Shown here: one piece after another, positions 57,221 to 64,000 of the stretch | Position numbering within the stretch: the first letter of the stretch is position 1 | Layout of the letters: each line of letters opens with the position of its first letter | From: Mantamonas sphyraenae STR306 | Lineage: Eukaryota > Protista > CRuMs | DNA length: 64,000 bases | NCBI GenBank assembly: GCA_026936335.1 | Contig: JAPMXV010000042.1 | Coordinates: 124,001-188,000 of the forward strand | Direction: 5' to 3' | The notes under the pieces: model-generated | Seen by the model: the letters and a program-made list of their open reading frames with translations, nothing else | What the model was told of the DNA's origin: nothing | Database searches by the model: none | Made by a program: the position numbers and the translations under genes

Positions 57221-59227
57221 TCAATCAAATTTTCCACTGTAAAACGCAAGCAAATCTTCCTGCTTGATGGAACCGGTTGACGATGGAGATGAGACGCCCA
57301 CAGCCCGTGCATCGTTGCTCGATGTGTCCTTTGCAGATTGCCCCAACGAGGAGATACGGCCAAGCAGCTCGTCAAAGTCGGGAAACTCGAGCGGAGCTGC
57401 TGCCGTTGGTGCCTCACCACCTTCCACTTCCTGCGGCTGCGTGACCTGCTGTTCCAATGCCTGGGCGCACCGCTCAAGCAGCGGGGCTACCTGCAACTGA
57501 ACCACAGGGGGACACTGGTCCACACAGCTGTCTGCAAAGAAGGCCAAGCGTGCGGCCTGCTGCGTTTGCTGCTGTTGCACTTGCCCATCATCCCCGCTCT
57601 CCTGCGTCCTGTTGCGCTGCTTCTCGTCATGGCCCTTCTCCACATCGCGCACAAGCTGGTCGAACCTTGCGTTGACTGCATCCAGCAGCTGGCGCCTGCG
57701 TGCTTCAATGCTGTCCAACACGGCTTTGTTGTGAAGCTGCCTTGCGTGGTGAGCCTGGCTGAGCAGCTGCGCGTTGGCACACACAGCGTCTGCCATCCGT
57801 TGTGCCTCTGTCGACACAGAGTGTAGGCGTTGTCTCACGTCCACGCCAGCCTCCTCCAACGAGACAAAGCGATGCTGGAGATGTGCGGTGGACTGAGGAC
57901 CCAGCAAGCAGTCGCGGCAAAGCAGCATTCCATCCTCGTAGCAGAAGTACGCCAGCTGGTCGTCATGGAAAGGACACAGGCTGGTCTGGTGCTTGTGCAC
58001 ATGTGCCTTGGCATTGCTTGCCTGGGTGTGTCTCTTGAGTGCACTTGTCACGTGCGATGCCTTGAAGCAGCCTGTACAGATGGCCTCTGCACACTGTCGA
58101 CACCACGACCGTGTCTTCTTCTCACACACTGTGCATCTCTCCTCCTCTTCCTCATCCTCATCCTCATCCTCCTCATCCTCACTCTCATCATCCTCACTCT
58201 CACTTTCACTCTCACTCTCACTCTCACTCACACCCTCCCCATCCTCCTCATCTGTGGATCCATTGCCCCCCTTGCCACTCCTCCTCCTCCTCCTTCCCCT
58301 CTTGCTCTTTTTCATCCTGTGTCTCTCCTGACGACGTTGCTTGCGTCCCAAGGGTGTGTCCAGCAAGGGGTTTGCAGGAAGAGCCTGCAGGCCGCTCTCC
58401 GGCACCCGCGTGCTCTGACGACACGCTGGACACTCCACGCCTGTGTGTTTCACTGATTGGGTGATGCAATCCATGCACATGCTGTGCAAACAATCCAGCA
58501 GACGCAGCGCTGTGGTCTCTTCTTGTCGTCCACCACAGTGGAAACACGTGCTGCTTGCGAGCCCAATCGTTCGAGCAAACCGCACATGGTTGCGTGCCCC
58601 TGCATACACTTCCACTGTCTCCACTCCATTCGCCACCATTCTTGTCATTCCACTCATCATCCTCTTCATCTGCCCCCCCTCTTCCTCCTCCTCCTCCTCC
58701 TCCTGAGCCGCTTCCTCTTCCTCCCTGCGTTTCCTCCTTTGTCTCCGCCTCCTTTCCCTCTCCCTCTCCCTCTCCTCCTCCTTCGCTCTCTCTCGTTCCC
58801 TCTCCCGTTCCTTCTTTGCCTCCTTTCCCCCCTTGTGTGCCTCTTTCGGGCTTACCCCTCGTCTACCGCGCATGCCGGGGTCCTGCCTCTGCCCAAACCA
58901 ACCTGGCCCCCGTTGTGCACGCATGTGCAACATGGCATGCACCTCCTGCACAGGAGACCGTCGCACAGGTGTCACCCTTGTCCCATGGCCACTCCCACTC
59001 TCGGATGGTGGTGTGGGCGAGGATTGCAGGAACCGTTCGATGTGTTCCCGCTTGTGTTCCACCTCCTCTTGCCACGCCTCCTGCGATGAATCACGTGACC
59101 ACGTCGACACCGTTTGTTCATGTGCCACCTCGTCTACCACCACCACCTCCTCCTCCTCCTCTTGTTCTTCTTCGTCCACCACCTCCTCCTTCTCTGCCAC
59201 GACGGTGTTGTTGCTGCTGGATTCCAT
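57221..59227 (-). CDS. TRIM/RBCC-like protein (RING, two B-boxes, coiled coil)
   Basis: CFHC..LDCLHSMCMDC..CPACR RING followed by LPAN; CTVC..CRQC..ICTGC..H..H B-box1; CPFH..YFCYED..LCRDC..H..H B-box2; coiled coil. Confidence 0.85.
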   Translation of the reverse strand: MESSSNNTVVAEKEEVVDEEEQEEEEEVVVVDEVAHEQTVSTWSRDSSQEAWQEEVEHKREHIERFLQSSPTPPSESGSGHGTRVTPVRRSPVQEVHAMLHMRAQRGPGWFGQRQDPGMRGRRGVSPKEAHKGGKEAKKERERERERAKEEERERERERRRRQRRKRREEEEAAQEEEEEEEEGGQMKRMMSGMTRMVANGVETVEVYAGARNHVRFARTIGLASSTCFHCGGRQEETTALRLLDCLHSMCMDCITQSVKHTGVECPACRQSTRVPESGLQALPANPLLDTPLGRKQRRQERHRMKKSKRGRRRRRSGKGGNGSTDEEDGEGVSESESESESESEDDESEDEEDEDEDEEEEERCTVCEKKTRSWCRQCAEAICTGCFKASHVTSALKRHTQASNAKAHVHKHQTSLCPFHDDQLAYFCYEDGMLLCRDCLLGPQSTAHLQHRFVSLEEAGVDVRQRLHSVSTEAQRMADAVCANAQLLSQAHHARQLHNKAVLDSIEARRRQLLDAVNARFDQLVRDVEKGHDEKQRNRTQESGDDGQVQQQQTQQAARLAFFADSCVDQCPPVVQLQVAPLLERCAQALEQQVTQPQEVEGGEAPTAAAPLEFPDFDELLGRISSLGQSAKDTSSNDARAVGVSSPSSTGSIKQEDLLAFYSGKFD

Positions 59228-59300
59228 TGCCACCCGCTTCGCCCCTCCCCTCCCCCTCCTCCTCCTTCTCTCTCTCTCTCTCTTCCACTGTGCTTGCCTC

Positions 59301-60542
59301 CTACATGGCCACGTAATCATTGGTTCCCATGGCCTCCTTCTTCATGGCATACGCCTGGATGGCTTTGACGTCACTGACTCGTCGCATGTCCACAAAGGGA
59401 TCCACATCGTCGAGGAGGGAGTCTCCCATGGTGTCGTCGTGTTGATAGGTCCCAATGCCCTCTCTACATAGTCCACTGTGTTCCAGCTTGCGCATGGAGC
59501 GCACCCCTTTGTAAAAGGTTTCGCAGCCCATGTACAGCACCCACAGTTGGCCCCATGCACTTTCGGGGGGAGTGCGTGACGGCATGAGCCCACCTGGCAT
59601 GAGGACCAACACCACATACCACACCTGACGCACCAGAGTGACGATGTAGATGTACCAGACAGCCAGGAGCGAACGGAGACCCATCACCAGTTGCTCCTTG
59701 CGTTGCACATGGTCACGAACCCCTGGGGCAGTGACCATCAAATACACGGAACGACACGAGTGAAGCACCAGTTCCAGACTGGCAAACATGACACACAGGG
59801 CCCACACGGCGTTGCACAGCAACAACACACCTCCCACCTTGACTGCCACATACCACACGTACACCACACACACACTCCACACCCGCTTCATCCTACTCTT
59901 CTCCTTTCCGTAACGACGGTGTCGTGTGACCCGGAAGAACGGCAGGCACGGGAGTGTGGACGTGCCCAGAATCACAAGGGCAATGCTGTAGCCCAACACC
60001 GTCGCAAAGGGGCTCCATGGGCACCGGTGCACCTCGGTGAACCGATACACTCCGTTGCCCCCGGCGCCGTGTTGCGGTGCATAGCACCATTTGCCCACTC
60101 GGTACGCCATCATCCAGCGCGGGAAACACTGGCCGCTGGCGTCCTGACCAAACCCCTCGATTTTAAACAACGGGTCCGGGTCCGGTTGGCTCTTGTTCAC
60201 AAACTCACTCTCTGTGACGTCGACCAGCCCCTTGTCCAGACAGTAGAAGCATGACGGGTGTGGGTTCTTGCTATCCGGTTCCAGCCACGGGAACTGCGCT
60301 GAAACACACCCGCTGCAGTCATCCATGGGGTCAAACTGTTCGCAGAAATCCAATTCGTCCTGCTTCGTATGTGCTGGTTCACCACTGATGGCTGACCAGG
60401 TGGGGAACGTGCGTGCAGACACGCTCCAGGCCACCAAAAGAGCCACCCACACAACCCTCCACGCCACACTTTTTCCACGCCGCGACAAGAACATGATGAT
60501 TGTCCACACCGGCGCAACCCCTCCCTTCCCTCTCAATTTCAT
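59301..60542 (-). CDS. Hypothetical membrane protein: signal peptide, Cys-rich (PSI-like) ectodomain, several TM helices
   Basis: Hydrophobic leader ending VSA/RT, DCSGCV..CFYC..GQC..WC..CPW, then 3-4 hydrophobic segments. Confidence 0.6.
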   Translation of the reverse strand: MKLRGKGGVAPVWTIIMFLSRRGKSVAWRVVWVALLVAWSVSARTFPTWSAISGEPAHTKQDELDFCEQFDPMDDCSGCVSAQFPWLEPDSKNPHPSCFYCLDKGLVDVTESEFVNKSQPDPDPLFKIEGFGQDASGQCFPRWMMAYRVGKWCYAPQHGAGGNGVYRFTEVHRCPWSPFATVLGYSIALVILGTSTLPCLPFFRVTRHRRYGKEKSRMKRVWSVCVVYVWYVAVKVGGVLLLCNAVWALCVMFASLELVLHSCRSVYLMVTAPGVRDHVQRKEQLVMGLRSLLAVWYIYIVTLVRQVWYVVLVLMPGGLMPSRTPPESAWGQLWVLYMGCETFYKGVRSMRKLEHSGLCREGIGTYQHDDTMGDSLLDDVDPFVDMRRVSDVKAIQAYAMKKEAMGTNDYVAM

Positions 60543-60596
60543 GCCATGCGCAATAATGGAACAGTCTTTATGGACATCACACAGACACTGACACGG

Positions 60597-63500
60597 TCAC
60601 ACCATGGCCTTGAGCAGGTCCAGCCACTCCTTTCGCTCGGCCGAACTCTCTGCACACAGTTCAAACTCCTTGCCCCGCTCACGATCGACCAGCACAATGG
60701 GGAAGCCCACACGTGTCTGTTCCCTGCTCCTGCCGATGTCCAACTCACTGTTCACCACGTCCACCGATCCCGCAGGCTCCTCGTCGTCCTCCTTCTTGAA
60801 GTAAAACAGCTTCTTGGTGCTGGTCAACACACAGTACCGTCCTCGCCACACCTTGAGCGTGCGTGCCTGCTTCTTCAACCATCCCCTCTTCAACACTGCC
60901 CCTTCCACCAACCAGTCACGTCCTCCTGCCGACGCCAACGCCAACACAAGCTCCTTCTCCGCCTGCCTCTCTGCCTGCGCACGTGCTGCACTCGCATTCG
61001 CACGTGCACTCTTCTCCTCCTCTTCCAATCGCCGTGCTGCCTTGTACTCCTCCTTGACCCCATTGGCTGCCGCCTCCATGTCCTCCTGTGTCGGCCAGTC
61101 ATCCACTGCCTCTTCTCCCTCCTGCACCATCAGCACATGCAACACATTGCTTCCCACGGGACTCCACAGATCCAACGGACCCCCGTCTGCCTTCTTCAAG
61201 CCATACTCTGTGAACGACTTGCCCGTCAGGTTGCACACGTACTGCAACACGTCGTCGTACGTCTCCACGTTGCTGCGCACCACTCCCACCGTCTTGTACA
61301 CCGCACAGATGTGCACCAACACATACTTGTCCTCTGGACGGAATGCTTCCAGTTCCTCCTCCAACAACTCTTCTGCACTCTTGGCCACCGGTCCCGATGA
61401 TGACGCAGCCACCGCATGACTGTTTCCCGCCTCCCCTCGTCCACTCGTCGATCCAGACGACCCTCGTCCACGCCCAAATGTGCTCAAACTGCGCATGCTC
61501 AATCCACTGCTGCTACTGCTGCTGCTACTGCTGCTGCTGCTGCTGCTACTGCTGCTTCCGGTGTCACTTCCGCCCATCATCGGTGTACCCACCATGGTGG
61601 TGGTTGTCCCTTGTCCCGTGATGCCATCATCCACATCCACCCCACCTGCACTCGAGCTGCCACTGCCTCCCATGCGCAGACGGAATCCACTGCGTGCCCG
61701 CTTGATGGGTGAGATCCCAACCCCACCTTCCTCCTTCATCCGCATCGCCTTTTCCTTCAGCTTGCTCCTCTCTGCCACCTGCCTCTCCATGTCCGACGCC
61801 CCAATCTTCCGCGACACAAGCATCAGCTCCCTGCCGCCCAGCTCGTCTGCACGCATGGCGTCCACAATTGCAAAGCCGGCGTCGTTCATCGCCGTAAACT
61901 GGAACAGTTCGGGCTTCAGACCGCGCTTCGCACACGTTTGCACCAGCAGCTCCTTCATCGTTTGGCTCTTGGGCACACGTGTGATGGAAAAGTTCTCCAC
62001 ATTGAAGTTGATCTTCACAAATTCAAAGCCCTCCTTGCGCATCTGCTTGCTGATCTCGGGCTCCTCCGTCAGCGTCATCCTCCTCTGCCTGCCTCCAGCA
62101 GCCCCTCCCACACTGGGTCCGATTTCCAGACTCTGCACCATGCTGCTCATCTCCTCCTGTTGGGCAATCGACGACAACGCCGCCCCACTGACGCTTCTGT
62201 CACGCCCACTCGACCCCAACTCCTCGTACCGGTTGCCAGCACGCGACGACAGGATCAGCTCCTGTCCATTCAGACCCAACACAGACTCTTCCTCGTCCAA
62301 GGGCGTCGGACGGTCGCTAAAGTGCAGGTAATGGTCTCCTGCTTCCAGCTCCCGCTTGGCGCAGATCATGTGCAGCAGCTCGCCCACATTCTTCTGCTGG
62401 CCAATCTTCACCGTGGTACGTGCGCCGTTGTTGTTCGGCAGAATCACTTTCACCACCACCGTGCCGTCCAGCAGCGCCAATCCCTGCTGCTGGCACCATT
62501 CGTTCGTACGCATCAGAATCTCACTGTTCAACAACGGTGCCTGCACATCACACGCACGCAGGTAGCGCAGACCGTCGCTCCACACCACAAAGTCGCTCTT
62601 GCGCACCGCCTGCATGTGCCACTCCATCGACACAAACACAAGCACAAACCGAAGCTTCTGCTCGTCTTCCGTACGGATTTCCAGCAGCTCCCGCAGTGGC
62701 ACTCGCCTCAAGCTGCCCTCGTCTCCCATTTGCTGCTGTTGTTCTTGCTGCTGCTTCGACGTCCCTTCTCCTTCCTGTTCGCTGCTCTTGCCCTTGGAGT
62801 AGATGGCCAACAGGTTGACTCCGTCCAGCGAGTCCCGAAACAGAATGCTGCGCCTGTCCTGGCTCAGCCGAACATACGTAAGGATGGGTCCGCTGTCCTC
62901 GTCCTCAAAATCGTCCTCCCAGTCGTCTGCCATGTCGTCTTCCTCCTCCTCCTCCTCCTCATCCCCAGCACCCTCATTCCCTTCGCCTTGTCCTCCCTCA
63001 TCCGAGTCCCCTCCTCCTCCTCCTCCTCCTCCTCCTCCACGTGATCCACGCTGCATCTCTGTGCGGTACCTCACATCCACACACAGGCCTCCACGTGCAC
63101 GCTCTGCGGCCTCTTTGGCCCCCGCTGCCGTCTCCTTGTCCTCCTCCTCGTCTCGCTCAAAGAACGCCCCCTGGAACATTTCCACCACCTTTTCCTCCAT
63201 CACAAATGCCGTCACACTTCGCTTCACCCTCCGTTTCACCGCCTCCTGTTCCGCCAATGCTGCTTCTGCCTCGGCTTGCTCCTTCACGCGGGACAACGTG
63301 CGCGGTGCGAGTCCACCCGCACGTTCCTCCTCCTCTCCCTGCTCCTCCCCTTCACCACCCTGCTGCTGCGCTTCAGTCTGCTGTTGTGTCTGTTGTGCGC
63401 CCTGTCCCACCTCAAAATCCAGATCAGCCTCATCCAACTCCTCAGGGACGTCCGGCACCTCGGGCGTGTGACTCTTGTGGCTCGTGAATCGCATCCAGAT

Positions 63501-64000
63501 GGAAGGACGCTCTGCGGAGCCCTTGGAAGCCTTGGCCACCTTGACGTCGGTCTGATAGCCCTTTTCCTTCATGTTGCTGCTCAGTTCCACCTCCACGAGC
63601 ATTTCCAACTCTTGCAGGCTGCGCGGTGTCACCATGCGCTGGTTGAGCAACACTCGCAGTCCGTCAATCCAGTCCACATACTCGTGCACATTCAGTGCCA
63701 CAAAGTGCAAGGCGTCACGCTTGCCCTCCTCAAAGACAATCGAAAACGACATGGTGTTGGCTGCCCCCAGCTTGCTGTCCCAGTACGGCACCGCCAACAG
63801 CTTGCGTGGCACCACCACCGCCTTGATGTCGCGCACATCCAACCGTGTCGCCACTTCCACCAGTCGATTGCGTGTGTCTGCGCGCAGTTGGCCCTGAGCC
63901 CCACGATACTCCACGTACGCATCCACCACCTCTTTGCGCTCACGTCCATCCACCACCAACAGGTGTGTGCGTGCGCCACTCAGGCACACAAAGCTGATGA
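60597..64000 (-). CDS. Multi-domain signalling protein, 3' part: ELMO-type PH, second PH, 2-3 Ras-binding (RBD) domains, C-terminal PH; 5' end outside window
   Basis: SFSIVF..LHFVA..EYVDWIDGLRVLL (ELMO PH); VWSDGLRYL; ICAKREL and TCAKRGLKP RBD-like; KRGWLKKQ..WRGRYCVL..LFYFK..ERKEWL. Confidence 0.78.
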   Translation of the reverse strand, partial: ISFVCLSGARTHLLVVDGRERKEVVDAYVEYRGAQGQLRADTRNRLVEVATRLDVRDIKAVVVPRKLLAVPYWDSKLGAANTMSFSIVFEEGKRDALHFVALNVHEYVDWIDGLRVLLNQRMVTPRSLQELEMLVEVELSSNMKEKGYQTDVKVAKASKGSAERPSIWMRFTSHKSHTPEVPDVPEELDEADLDFEVGQGAQQTQQQTEAQQQGGEGEEQGEEEERAGGLAPRTLSRVKEQAEAEAALAEQEAVKRRVKRSVTAFVMEEKVVEMFQGAFFERDEEEDKETAAGAKEAAERARGGLCVDVRYRTEMQRGSRGGGGGGGGGGDSDEGGQGEGNEGAGDEEEEEEEDDMADDWEDDFEDEDSGPILTYVRLSQDRRSILFRDSLDGVNLLAIYSKGKSSEQEGEGTSKQQQEQQQQMGDEGSLRRVPLRELLEIRTEDEQKLRFVLVFVSMEWHMQAVRKSDFVVWSDGLRYLRACDVQAPLLNSEILMRTNEWCQQQGLALLDGTVVVKVILPNNNGARTTVKIGQQKNVGELLHMICAKRELEAGDHYLHFSDRPTPLDEEESVLGLNGQELILSSRAGNRYEELGSSGRDRSVSGAALSSIAQQEEMSSMVQSLEIGPSVGGAAGGRQRRMTLTEEPEISKQMRKEGFEFVKINFNVENFSITRVPKSQTMKELLVQTCAKRGLKPELFQFTAMNDAGFAIVDAMRADELGGRELMLVSRKIGASDMERQVAERSKLKEKAMRMKEEGGVGISPIKRARSGFRLRMGGSGSSSAGGVDVDDGITGQGTTTTMVGTPMMGGSDTGSSSSSSSSSSSSSSSSSGLSMRSLSTFGRGRGSSGSTSGRGEAGNSHAVAASSSGPVAKSAEELLEEELEAFRPEDKYVLVHICAVYKTVGVVRSNVETYDDVLQYVCNLTGKSFTEYGLKKADGGPLDLWSPVGSNVLHVLMVQEGEEAVDDWPTQEDMEAAANGVKEEYKAARRLEEEEKSARANASAARAQAERQAEKELVLALASAGGRDWLVEGAVLKRGWLKKQARTLKVWRGRYCVLTSTKKLFYFKKEDDEEPAGSVDVVNSELDIGRSREQTRVGFPIVLVDRERGKEFELCAESSAERKEWLDLLKAMV

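Noticed and set aside
1-64000. Alternative genetic code or stop-codon reassignment suggested by strong TGA preference
   Set aside because: TAA (RPS12, FYVE) and TAG (VPS26C) also terminate genes at expected positions, and no in-frame stops interrupt conserved domains
1-64000. tRNA, rRNA, transposase or viral genes
   Set aside because: None recognised by eye; nearly all sequence is explained by exons and introns, though small ncRNAs cannot be excluded without an Rfam/tRNAscan run

Overview
A GC-rich, extremely gene-dense eukaryotic (protist-like) nuclear window with about 29 protein-coding genes, short spliceosomal introns, standard genetic code (stops mostly TGA) and intergenic gaps often under 100 bp. 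No rRNA, tRNA, CRISPR or transposon was recognised. Gene content points to a flagellated organism (TMEM237, LRGUK-like, multi-NDK DNAAF8-like, docking-domain enolase) with a cycloartenol-type sterol route (CPI1) and a minor spliceosome. Top observations: (1) a spliced gene fusing ~11 Ras-group/SHOC2-type LRRs to a complete eIF4G core (YxxxxLL eIF4E-binding motif, MIF4G, MA3); (2) a textbook U12 AT-AC intron in enolase; (3) DSB/meiosis genes clustered as GCNA-RAD50 and MRE11-SKI8(WDR61) tandem pairs ~30 kb apart; (4) a giant protein with 5-6 NDK folds all lacking the catalytic His; (5) 40-95 bp head-to-head spacers and 30-100 bp head-to-tail spacers; (6) an unusually divergent Mago nashi. Three single-base indels (NMT x2, WDR61) look like sequencing errors. 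All gene identities come from motif recognition by eye; no database searches were run.
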